Shown: piece after piece, positions 39,092-48,072 of the stretch
Position numbering within the stretch: position 1 is the first letter of the stretch
How the letters are laid out: every line of letters begins with the position of its first letter
Assembly (NCBI GenBank): GCA_041846575.1
Contig: JBGZFC010000100.1
Span: 16,925-80,924 of the forward strand
Length of the DNA stretch: 64,000 nucleotides
Origin: Bacteroidota bacterium
Lineage (GTDB): Bacteria > Bacteroidota > Bacteroidia > Bacteroidales > Dysgonomonadaceae
Direction: 5' to 3'
Translations under genes and position numbers: made by a program
The notes under the pieces: generated by a model
Told to the model about the DNA's origin: nothing
Seen by the model: the letters and a program-made list of their open reading frames with translations, nothing else
The model's database searches: none

Positions 39092-39368
39092 TGTTATAAA
39101 AATAATGTATAACCTTGATACGATGTTTTATTATTGCCGTACATTTTATTTTTCAAGATACAAGACTAAAGACAAAATAACAAAGAGCAAAGAGATATAG
39201 ATTGATGACTGATTTGTGATTTCCAACTTATAACTCAATACTCCTAACCGGAACTATATAAATAAATTTTTCATTGCGTTCGAAATGACAGGGGATGCCA
39301 ATTGGCAATCCAACTTTGAACTTTGAGCCTCAAACCTTCTCTGAACAGAGAGAAGAATCTATTGACAA

Positions 39369-40322
39369 TTAATTTACTCTCGAAACTTCATACGTTCCTT
39401 CGTAAAATCCTACGATATTTCGAGACATTTCGATAGACATCTTTATACGGTCTTCTACTGTTTTTGTCCCTGCATGGGGAGATAGAAGTACGTTGTCGAG
39501 TTCTAAAAGTTCGGGCAGTATTTTCGGCTCGTTTTCATAAACATCCAATGCCGCAGCCCATATTTTTTCTTCCCTTAGAGCTTTTGCTAAAGCTTTTTCA
39601 TCTACCATATTGCCACGAGCAGTATTGATAAAAATGGCGGTCGGTTTCATCTTTTCAAACTCTTTTTCGCCAATCATCCGGATTGTTTCGGGGGTGGAGG
39701 GAGCGTTTAGCGAAATATAATCTGCCGTTCTTATCAATTCGTCAAACGAAACATATTTTGCATTATATTGTTGTTCAATATTTTCGGGCAAACGATTTCT
39801 GTTGTTATAAATAATAGACATACCCGAAGCTATTGCACGACGTGCTATTGCCTGACCTATTCTGCCCATCCCGATAATTCCCAATGTTTTACCGAAAATA
39901 GGCATACCTGCTTCGGCATAGATTCCCCAGCTGGCTCCTTTTTCCGTACGAAGTTTTCTGTCATAGTATCCTATACGGCGACCAGCCCCGGTAAGTAGTG
40001 CAAAAGCCAATTCTGCTGTCGGCTCACATGTGGTTCTCGGCAGATTGGTTACTACAACTCCTTTTTTTGTGGCGTAATCCACATCAATATTATTATATCC
40101 TACACCAAAGTTTGAAATCAGTTCCAGCTTTTTCCCCTTGTCGATAATCTCTTTATCCGTATAAAAACCGAAGGTGGGTACCAATACTTCGTAATCTTCT
40201 ATCATTTCGAGTATCTCTTCGCGACTAAAAGCCTTTTCTTTGGGCATTGTTATGTCGTATTTTCCTTCCAGTTCTTTCAATCCTTCTGTTTTAAAGCGAT
40301 ATGCTAAAAGTATTTTTTTCAT
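39369..40322 (-). CDS. D-isomer-specific 2-hydroxyacid dehydrogenase (glyoxylate/hydroxypyruvate reductase-like)
   Basis: GIIGMGRIGQAIARR NAD motif, with the catalytic Arg/Glu/His pattern (NTARG...SPHAG). Confidence 0.9.
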   Translation of the reverse strand: MKKILLAYRFKTEGLKELEGKYDITMPKEKAFSREEILEMIEDYEVLVPTFGFYTDKEIIDKGKKLELISNFGVGYNNIDVDYATKKGVVVTNLPRTTCEPTAELAFALLTGAGRRIGYYDRKLRTEKGASWGIYAEAGMPIFGKTLGIIGMGRIGQAIARRAIASGMSIIYNNRNRLPENIEQQYNAKYVSFDELIRTADYISLNAPSTPETIRMIGEKEFEKMKPTAIFINTARGNMVDEKALAKALREEKIWAAALDVYENEPKILPELLELDNVLLSPHAGTKTVEDRIKMSIEMSRNIVGFYEGTYEVSRVN

Positions 40323-40404
40323 TGTTTTATTCTCCTTTTCAATGGTTTTGTTTAATGCACTATTTGGCTAAACGAAAATATATCACTTTTTGTTTTCTGT
40401 AAAA

Positions 40405-40436
40405 TCAAAAAACCCGTTCCTGAGAGCGGGTTTTTT
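40405..40436. terminator. Bidirectional rho-independent terminator downstream of the CoA-transferase gene
   Basis: AAAAAACCCG...CGGGTTTTTT hairpin flanked by A and T runs. Confidence 0.7.
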
Positions 40437-40456
40437 AGACAATTTTATTCCGGATA

Positions 40457-41959
40457 TTATTTTACATATTTCGATAAATCTGCATTTTTCATGCTGCCTG
40501 TTTCCAATAATGCTTGGTGGAAAGCAAAGCAAGCATATATACTTTGCGGCGTGTGTCCTTTTTTAGTCAAATCCATGTATTGATGCAACATTGGACGAAA
40601 ATCGGGGTGTGCGCATTTTTCTATTATCTCTATCGCTCTTTGATGAGTACCTTTTCCGCGAAGGTCGGCAACACCATATTCCGAAACTATTACTTTTACC
40701 GAATGTTCGGTATGGTCCGTATGTGCTACTTTCGGAACAATGCAACTTATGGCTCCGTTTTTGGCAACAGATGGTGTCAGGAAAATCGACATATAGGCAT
40801 TTCGGGTAAAGTCGCCCGAGCCTCCGATTCCGTTCATCATATTTGTTCCCATAACATGAGTAGAGTTCACGTTTCCGAAGATATCCACTTCTATTGCTGT
40901 GTTTATACCGATAACACCTAAACGACGTACGAGTTCTGGATTGTTTGATATTTCAGACGGACGCAACACCAATTTTTGTTTGAAGAAGTCTAAATCGCGA
41001 TAAAGCTTTTGTAGTTGTTCGTTGCTTACTGTAAGAGAACATCCGCTTGCAAAACTTATTTTTCCTTGTCGCATCATATCTAATACCGCATCTTGAATTA
41101 CTTCTGTATAAACTTCAAAGTTTGGTATATCCTGATTTTCGCCGAGAGCTGCCAATACGGCATTGGCGATGTTTCCTACACCCGATTGAAGAGGAAGAAA
41201 TGTTTTTGGGATATTTCCTTTACGCATTTCCGATACAAAAAATTCTGCCACGTTTTGACCGATTTTTGCCGTTGTTTCATCAATTGGAGCAAAACCGCCT
41301 CCATCGCTCTCTTTATCTGTTTCAACAATAAATATTTTGTCGGGATTTACCTTTACAAATTCAAGACCGATGCGGTTTTGTACTTCATAGATATTGATTT
41401 GTTTTCTTTTGGGCGGATCTTGAAGTTCGTATATGTCGTGTATGCCACGCATTTTTTGTGGAACTTTTTTATTTAATTCCACGATTACGATTTTTGCCAA
41501 ACGACAAATGGTTGGAGCAATTCCAACTCCTGCTGTAAGTACTATTTCTCCATCTTCGGTTACATCGCATGCTTCTATAATAGCAACATCAATTCCACCT
41601 AAAAAACCGTAACGGATTTCTTGTGCCACTTGCGATAAGTGCATATCGAAATATACTACTGCATCGTGGTCTAAGTCATTGATAGCATTACGCATATCTT
41701 TGTTGGTTTGATACGGTGTGCGAAATTTAACAGCGTTGGCACGTGCCAAAGCACCGTCAATTCCGTCGCCTGTGGATGCACCTGTAAAGATGCCGATTTT
41801 AAACGGATTTCCTTTTGCATGTTCCGCTTCAGCCAATTTTGCTATTTCAGTTGGAACTACTTTTGGGCATCCTGCGTGTGTAAAGCCACTGAATCCCACG
41901 TTGTTGTCATGTTTTACAAGCGAGGCTGCCTCTTGTGCGCTAATAAATTTTAAAGCCAT
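40457..41959 (-). CDS. Acetyl-CoA hydrolase/transferase family protein (succinate CoA-transferase-like)
   Basis: 500 aa with the GIGGSGDF motif and an N-terminus typical of the Cat1/ScpC family. Confidence 0.85.
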   Translation of the reverse strand: MALKFISAQEAASLVKHDNNVGFSGFTHAGCPKVVPTEIAKLAEAEHAKGNPFKIGIFTGASTGDGIDGALARANAVKFRTPYQTNKDMRNAINDLDHDAVVYFDMHLSQVAQEIRYGFLGGIDVAIIEACDVTEDGEIVLTAGVGIAPTICRLAKIVIVELNKKVPQKMRGIHDIYELQDPPKRKQINIYEVQNRIGLEFVKVNPDKIFIVETDKESDGGGFAPIDETTAKIGQNVAEFFVSEMRKGNIPKTFLPLQSGVGNIANAVLAALGENQDIPNFEVYTEVIQDAVLDMMRQGKISFASGCSLTVSNEQLQKLYRDLDFFKQKLVLRPSEISNNPELVRRLGVIGINTAIEVDIFGNVNSTHVMGTNMMNGIGGSGDFTRNAYMSIFLTPSVAKNGAISCIVPKVAHTDHTEHSVKVIVSEYGVADLRGKGTHQRAIEIIEKCAHPDFRPMLHQYMDLTKKGHTPQSIYACFAFHQALLETGSMKNADLSKYVK

Positions 41960-42008
41960 AGTTTAAGTTATATTATAATAGTTTTGTTTTAGATTGTAAA
42001 ATGCTAAT

Positions 42009-42470
42009 TTAATATTTGCGATCAAATATTTCGTTGTATATGACAGCCTTACGAAGTTCTTCACTTCTATTTTCTCCTGTCAGTTCCTTTAAAATGGGAT
42101 GCGTTCTGTCTTTTGAGACAAAAGGATTATTGTTTATATTTTGACTAATTTGATGTGTCAATTGTCTCTCTTGAATAGCGGAAATACCTTCGGAAGCGTA
42201 CGATGGTCGCATTGAAGATGATATATCCTTATATTCGTACTGACTTGTTGTTGCGACGTCAGGCATAGGCGGGACAAGAACCTTTTTTCCCCTTCTTTTT
42301 TGAGAAGAGGAAGTTTCCATTTTCGATTTTTTGCCCATAGGCTTCGTAGTAGGGATGTTTGGTGGTAAATTCTGTTGTTTGGAAGCTTCTTTTTTTTTGA
42401 TATCTTTAATTATTCCGAAAATAAAAAAAGAAAATAAGACTAAAATATAAATTATGTCGCCTAATTCCAT
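42009..42470 (-). CDS. Hypothetical single-pass membrane protein with a disordered Lys/Ser/Pro-rich linker
   Basis: An N-terminal TM helix after the ATG at 42470 (MELGDIIYILVLFSFFIFGII). Conserved-looking C-terminus ELRKAVIYNEIFDRKY. Contains an A9 tract (42390-42398 on the + strand as T9). Confidence 0.55.
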   Translation of the reverse strand: MELGDIIYILVLFSFFIFGIIKDIKKKEASKQQNLPPNIPTTKPMGKKSKMETSSSQKRRGKKVLVPPMPDVATTSQYEYKDISSSMRPSYASEGISAIQERQLTHQISQNINNNPFVSKDRTHPILKELTGENRSEELRKAVIYNEIFDRKY

Positions 42471-42715
42471 AAAATTACTAATTTTGTACTCTTGCAAAAG
42501 TAGTTATTTTTTGTGATATACGAAAATATGAACAAAATAATGGTAACTGTTTTGTAACTTGTTATTGTCTGTTTTATGTGCTGATATACAGCTTGTAATA
42601 GATGCGTTTTTGGCTTAAAACTACATTGTCTATTCAAAAAAATATATATCATTTAACAATAAAACAGTTTAAACTTCGTCATCCTTGACGATGTGTGTAG
42701 TATAAAAATTAAAAA

Positions 42716-44071
42716 ATGAGTGTAATGTCTAATTTACAAGAAGAAAAAAAACTGTTTATCGAAACTTATGGTTGTCAAATGAACGTGGCGGATTCGGAAG
42801 TGGTAGCCTCCATTATGAGGATGGAAGGTTATGAAATAACCGAAAATGAAGAAGATGCCGATTTAATATTTATTAACACCTGTTCGATTAGAGATAATGC
42901 CGAGCAGAAAGTTATTCAGAGACTCGAATATCTGAACGCGATAAGAAATAAAAAGAAGAAAAACTTAATTATTGGAATATTAGGTTGTATGGCTGAGCGT
43001 GTACAACAAGAACTGATTGATAACCATTATGCCGATTTGGTTGTAGGACCCGATGCTTATCTCGATTTGCCCAATTTAATAGGAGCTGTTGAGCAGGGCG
43101 AAAAAGCAATGAATATAGAGTTGTCAAAAACGGAAACCTATAAAGATGTAATTCCTTTGAAGATGCCGGGAGTGAATATTTCGGGATATATCTCTATAAT
43201 GCGCGGATGTAACAACTTTTGTACTTATTGTATAGTGCCATATACTCGTGGTCGTGAGCGTAGCCGTGAGCCTGAAAGTATTCTTAATGAGTTACGTGAT
43301 ATGCGTGACAGAGGCTTTAGGGAAGTTGTTTTGTTGGGGCAAAATGTAAATTCGTATCACTTTGTAAACGATGAAGTTAATATCGATTTCCCGGCTCTGC
43401 TTGAAATGGTTGCCGAAGAAGTTCCGCAAATGCGAGTGCGGTTTACGACTTCGCATCCGAAAGATATGAGCGACGAGACATTAGAAGTGATTGCCAAATA
43501 TAAAAACTTGTGTAACTATATTCATTTGCCTGTTCAGTCGGGAAGTTCGCGTATGTTGAAACTTATGAATAGAAAATACAATAGAGAATGGTATTTGAAT
43601 AGAATAGCAGCCATAAAAAGGATTATTCCCGATTGTGGAATTTCTACCGATATTATGTGCGGATTTCATTCCGAAACAGAAGAAGACCACCAAGAGACTC
43701 TCTCTCTGATGCGCGAAGTTGGTTTCGATTCGGCATTTATGTTTAAGTATTCCGAAAGACCGGGGACATTTGCTTCTCAAAAATTGGAAGATAATGTGCC
43801 GGATGATGTGAAAATAAGAAGATTGCAAGAGATTATCGACTTGCAATTGGAGCTTTCACGTACAAGCAACGAAGACGATTTGGGCAAAGAGTTTGAAGTG
43901 TTAGTAGAAGGTTTTTCAAAACGTTCGAGGGAGCAACTGTTTGGACGAACCGAACAGAATAAAGTGGTGGTTTTCGATAAGAAAAATTACAAAATAGGGC
44001 AGTTTGCTCGTGTACGGATAACAGACTTTACTCCGGCTACGCTTTTGGGTGAGGCGATAGAAAAAGAATAA
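42716..44071 (+). CDS. miaB: tRNA-i6A37 methylthiotransferase
   Basis: ETYGCQMN N-terminal cluster, RGCNNFCTYCIVP radical SAM motif and a C-terminal TRAM domain. Confidence 0.95.
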   Translation: MSVMSNLQEEKKLFIETYGCQMNVADSEVVASIMRMEGYEITENEEDADLIFINTCSIRDNAEQKVIQRLEYLNAIRNKKKKNLIIGILGCMAERVQQELIDNHYADLVVGPDAYLDLPNLIGAVEQGEKAMNIELSKTETYKDVIPLKMPGVNISGYISIMRGCNNFCTYCIVPYTRGRERSREPESILNELRDMRDRGFREVVLLGQNVNSYHFVNDEVNIDFPALLEMVAEEVPQMRVRFTTSHPKDMSDETLEVIAKYKNLCNYIHLPVQSGSSRMLKLMNRKYNREWYLNRIAAIKRIIPDCGISTDIMCGFHSETEEDHQETLSLMREVGFDSAFMFKYSERPGTFASQKLEDNVPDDVKIRRLQEIIDLQLELSRTSNEDDLGKEFEVLVEGFSKRSREQLFGRTEQNKVVVFDKKNYKIGQFARVRITDFTPATLLGEAIEKE

Positions 44072-44329
44072 ATAAACGTGGATTCTTTTTAATATTTATG
44101 TTTAATATCTTTTCGGTATAAAATAGCTGAGATTTGTTTTTGAATTGTCCTTTTAAAATTCTATCTTTGTTTAGAAATGTTATTATAATGAAAACATTTT
44201 TCCTGCAAATACGTTTTACATATAGTGAATCTCAAATGAGATTAATTTGTATGTATTTCAAACAAATAAAAACGACTTAATTTTAATTAGAAAAAAACAA
44301 TTAACAATCTTTTAAAACCAAAAAAAATT

Positions 44330-44569
44330 ATGAAATCAGAAGCTAAATTATTATTAGGATTAGGTATTGGAGTTGCTCTTGGTGCTGCTGTAGGTTATAT
44401 TATGGGTTCAGACAAGAAAGAAGAGTGGCTTGAGCAAGCAACAGAGTTTGCCGATAAAGTGCGTGCTAATGTAAAGTCTGCTATCTACAGAGGAAAAAAT
44501 GAAGTTGCAGATTTGAAAGAAGATATTGATGATATTGCTGATATAGCTAAAAAAGAACTGGCTAAATAA
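44330..44569 (+). CDS. YtxH domain-containing protein
   Basis: 79 aa. N-terminal TM LLGLGIGVALGAAVGYIMG followed by a charged helix. Confidence 0.7.
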   Translation: MKSEAKLLLGLGIGVALGAAVGYIMGSDKKEEWLEQATEFADKVRANVKSAIYRGKNEVADLKEDIDDIADIAKKELAK

Positions 44570-44594
44570 CAGAAATTAAAAAAACACCTCCTTA

Positions 44595-44984
44595 ATGCAA
44601 GAAAAAAAAACTGTAACCTCGTTGCTCGAGGAAATGAAGAGTGATATTTCGAGTTATGTTGTAAACACATTAGGAATAGCTAAATTAGAGGGTTATGAAA
44701 AAATAAGCAAAGGTAGTGCGACCATTTCGTTTATACTGCTAATGTTTATTTTGGGATTCCAATTTCTCGGTTTTCTGTTTTTTACTCTCGGATTCTATCT
44801 TTCAGAGTCGGTTTTTGATAGTTTTTGGAAAGGTTTTGGAGTAGTTGCCGGACTATTACTATTAATTTTATTCGTATTATTTCTTTTTAAAAATGTCATT
44901 AAACGAAATATTACAAATTCTGTAGTTAGTTTTTTAATGAAAAAAGAGGATAACGAAGTTGATTTTTCAAAGATAAAACAATGA
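44595..44984 (+). CDS. Holin-superfamily-III-like / DUF1469-like two-TM protein
   Basis: 129 aa with two central TM helices. Conserved partner of YtxH genes in Bacteroidota. A9 tract at 44602-44610. Confidence 0.6.
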   Translation: MQEKKTVTSLLEEMKSDISSYVVNTLGIAKLEGYEKISKGSATISFILLMFILGFQFLGFLFFTLGFYLSESVFDSFWKGFGVVAGLLLLILFVLFLFKNVIKRNITNSVVSFLMKKEDNEVDFSKIKQ

Positions 44985-45370
44985 GAACCTACAAACTGAC
45001 ACCCCTTGATGAACTTTGTTTAGAGAAGAAGCGATTGCGTGAAAACCGTGCTATTGCCGCACAAAGATTATCGTATCAGATGCAATATTTGGAAGATAAT
45101 TGGGGTAGCATGCTTACACAAGGTGTTGCTTCAAGCGTTAAAACTAAGTTTGTAGAAACGATAGATACTCTTACGAGTGGCTATTCCGAATCTATATTCC
45201 CCCTTTCGGGAAAGAAGAACAGAATGGCATGGCTGAATATTTTGGCATCAAATCTACCCTTAGTGAGTAAAGTGGCTTGGCAGGTTGGTAAGCCTGCTGT
45301 TGTGGCTTTCATTATGAAAAAAATTACAGGTCGTTTTTGGGGAGGAAAAAGTAAGAAAAAATCTTACTGA
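44981..45370 (+). CDS. Hypothetical protein, third gene of the YtxH operon
   Basis: 129-aa ORF with an ATGA overlap to the previous gene. No recognised motif. Confidence 0.55.
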   Translation: MRTYKLTPLDELCLEKKRLRENRAIAAQRLSYQMQYLEDNWGSMLTQGVASSVKTKFVETIDTLTSGYSESIFPLSGKKNRMAWLNILASNLPLVSKVAWQVGKPAVVAFIMKKITGRFWGGKSKKKSY

Positions 45371-45390
45371 TTGATTCTAAACATTTTTTT

Positions 45391-45453
45391 ACACGACTGA
45401 ATAACGATACGTATGGAGCGTTCGTTGTTCAGGCGTGTTTTTTGTTTTTTTTT
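45391..45453 (+). terminator. Strong rho-independent terminator of the YtxH operon
   Basis: 17-nt arms ACACGACTGAATAACGA / TCGTTGTTCAGGCGTGT with 2 mismatches, followed by T5GT9. Confidence 0.75.
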
Positions 45454-45938
45454 GAGTTTAATATCGGTAGCACTGAACCAATTCTTGCATGTATTACTCT
45501 TCGTTTCTTACCTTTATTTTATTAAAATTGTAACCGGATTTTCCTTGTCCAAACTTTCTTTCAATGTGATTTTGTTCACTTTTAAACAATGTAATTGACA
45601 TATTATCAGATAAATAATACGATAAACAATTTTCGTATGAAAAAAGGCACATCGCGGTTATAAAATACGCATTTTTGTATAAAAGAAAAAATAAGGAACT
45701 TTATATTGTTTTGACGCAATATTTTATTTTGCCTATCAATACTCATTGCTGTTCGATAAAAAACACTTTATCGCTTGAATAGGCGAAAATTCTTGCGGAT
45801 GTCAATAAATATACAGGCTCTGCTTGAAAAGCTCTCCTTTAATAAAGTACTGTTTGTCCCGATAAATTCCGGGGAGCTTTCAGGCAGTATCTTTAGATTT
45901 ATTGATTATCAGTATTTGTGTCTTTGCTCTTTTATCTA

Positions 45939-46637
45939 CTATAATTTCCCTATACCATGTTTGCTGGCATATTTAAGTACAGGAGAAATGTCAAAATAGA
46001 GTTTATCAATACCAAACCTGTTGTTTGCCAAAGACAAATAATTGCAATTGCTCCTCTTTACAATCATGTCTGTTCCTCCGAACTGAAACCCCAAGAAACC
46101 TAGCATATCGTATTCATGCGATACTTTAATCACATAATATGGTGTTGTTTTAGACATACCATCGCCGGATTTTATTATTGCAAGTTGTATATTTCGTTTT
46201 TTCTGAATAATTTTTTTATACGATTCAACATCATTCTTTTGTGCGTAAACTAACAATTGAGCGTTAAGTGCACGTATATTAAACGGGTCTTCTTTCAATA
46301 ACTCATTGGCATAATCCAAAATCATCTCATAATCTTTATCATCCAAATATTGTTTAGCAAGCAAATCTGACATTTTACCGTTGTATTCGGAAATCTCGTT
46401 TGGAATATATGTGGATTGAAAAACATATCCGTAATACAAGTGTCTTCGCTCATCAGCTGTAAAAGTTGAATCGCCGGTGTTGTAGCGTTCCATCAATTTA
46501 GGATAATAAAGATTGGAAAACTCGTTTTTAATGTTCTCTTCAATTTCGTTATACTTCGGAGCCTCAAAATCAGGGCTTTGAGCGAAGTTTGCGAAACTAA
46601 TTATAACGAAAAGAAATATTGCTGAAATCTTTTTCAT
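45939..46637 (-). CDS. Secreted hypothetical protein (possibly DUF4919)
   Basis: Signal peptide MKKISAIFLFVIISFANFAQ and a helical-repeat-like body. The family call is tentative. Confidence 0.65.
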   Translation of the reverse strand: MKKISAIFLFVIISFANFAQSPDFEAPKYNEIEENIKNEFSNLYYPKLMERYNTGDSTFTADERRHLYYGYVFQSTYIPNEISEYNGKMSDLLAKQYLDDKDYEMILDYANELLKEDPFNIRALNAQLLVYAQKNDVESYKKIIQKKRNIQLAIIKSGDGMSKTTPYYVIKVSHEYDMLGFLGFQFGGTDMIVKRSNCNYLSLANNRFGIDKLYFDISPVLKYASKHGIGKL

Positions 46638-46905
46638 ATTTGTTCATTTTTATTGTGAATTTCTACAACAAATATATTTTCTATATTTGGTTTTAACAAA
46701 TTATCTTTACTAAGAAAACTTAATAACAATAGAGCAAAGATATAAGAGATAAGATGCAAGACAAAAGATTATAAGAATTTTATAATTTTAGAACTGCGAT
46801 TTATGATTTTTTACCAAAAACTGATATAAATAGCTAACTGTAATGACGTTTTGGTTTAATAAACAGACAAAATCACTATCTTTGAAACAAAAAATATTAT
46901 CAATT

Positions 46906-47988
46906 ATGAAATATGTCTATTTACTTTGTTTATCATGTCTGTTTGTAATATCCGGATTTTCTCTTGTTTGTTCGCAAAACAGAGTCGAACTTAACAATGA
47001 AATTGCACTACAACTCTCAAAATTACCTTTAAGTTGTATAAATCAAGAATATCCCAATAAAACAGGACATATCATTAATAATGCCGACGAGGCAAATCTT
47101 TCGCCTAAAGAGTTGCATCCTGTTTTTTACGGCTGTTTCGACTGGCATAGCAGTGTACACGGTCATTGGATGTTGGTGCGACTATTGAAGAAAATACCTG
47201 ATATCTCAAATAGAGATGAAATAATAAAAACATTGAACAACTCTTTTGTGAAAGAGAAAATCGAGAAAGAAACACAATATTTCTCCGATTATCAATTCGC
47301 ATCAATATTTGAAAGAACTTATGGCTGGGCATGGGTTTTAAAACTTGATGAAGAATTATCGACATGGGATGAGCCTGTTGCAAAGAGATGGCATGAAAAT
47401 CTCGCACCTTTAACAAAAAAGATAGTAGAACTTTGGATAAGTTTTTTGCCTAAACAAACTTATCCCAATCGTACGGGTGTTCATCCCAATACCGCTTTTG
47501 CTCTTGGTTTCGCAATTGATTGGGCAAAAGCAACTTGTAATGTTGATTTTGAAAAACAGCTTATAGAAAAAGCATTATATTTTTACGTAAAAGATACGGA
47601 AACACCGGCTCACTTAGAACCCGACGGTGCAGATTTCTTTTCGCCAAGTTTGCAAACAGCCGATTTAATGCAGAGAGTTCTCGAACCTGAACAGTTTTCT
47701 ATCTGGATAGATAATTTCTTTACAAAAAGGAGTATCGACAGATTATGTGAAATACCCGAAGTCAGCGATTTGAATGATTTTCAAACTGTTCATCTGGTTG
47801 GGCTTTCTTTTTCACGAGCTTGGTGTATGAACAATATTGCACAATATTTACCGAATAGCCACCCTTTAAAACAGGTTTTTTCCACAACATCGCAACAACT
47901 GCTGAGCAATGCGTTACCGTTGGTTTTTGAAGGCAATTACGGCGGAGAGCATTGGTTAGCATCGTTTGCAATAATGGCGTTGGAATAA
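46906..47988 (+). CDS. DUF2891 domain-containing protein
   Basis: Signal peptide from the ATG at 46906. HPVFYGCFDWHSSVHGHWMLVRLL motif. Confidence 0.75.
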   Translation: MKYVYLLCLSCLFVISGFSLVCSQNRVELNNEIALQLSKLPLSCINQEYPNKTGHIINNADEANLSPKELHPVFYGCFDWHSSVHGHWMLVRLLKKIPDISNRDEIIKTLNNSFVKEKIEKETQYFSDYQFASIFERTYGWAWVLKLDEELSTWDEPVAKRWHENLAPLTKKIVELWISFLPKQTYPNRTGVHPNTAFALGFAIDWAKATCNVDFEKQLIEKALYFYVKDTETPAHLEPDGADFFSPSLQTADLMQRVLEPEQFSIWIDNFFTKRSIDRLCEIPEVSDLNDFQTVHLVGLSFSRAWCMNNIAQYLPNSHPLKQVFSTTSQQLLSNALPLVFEGNYGGEHWLASFAIMALE

Positions 47989-48072
47989 AGATTAACGGGA
48001 TTCATGAAAAGCACAACTATTTATAGGTATATTTTGCTGAAATTCAAAATAGTATGACTTATTCGGCAGACC

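Noticed and set aside
45413-45598. 61-aa ORF after the YtxH operon.
   Set aside because: It begins inside the terminator hairpin and T run and encodes a Phe/Leu-rich artefact.
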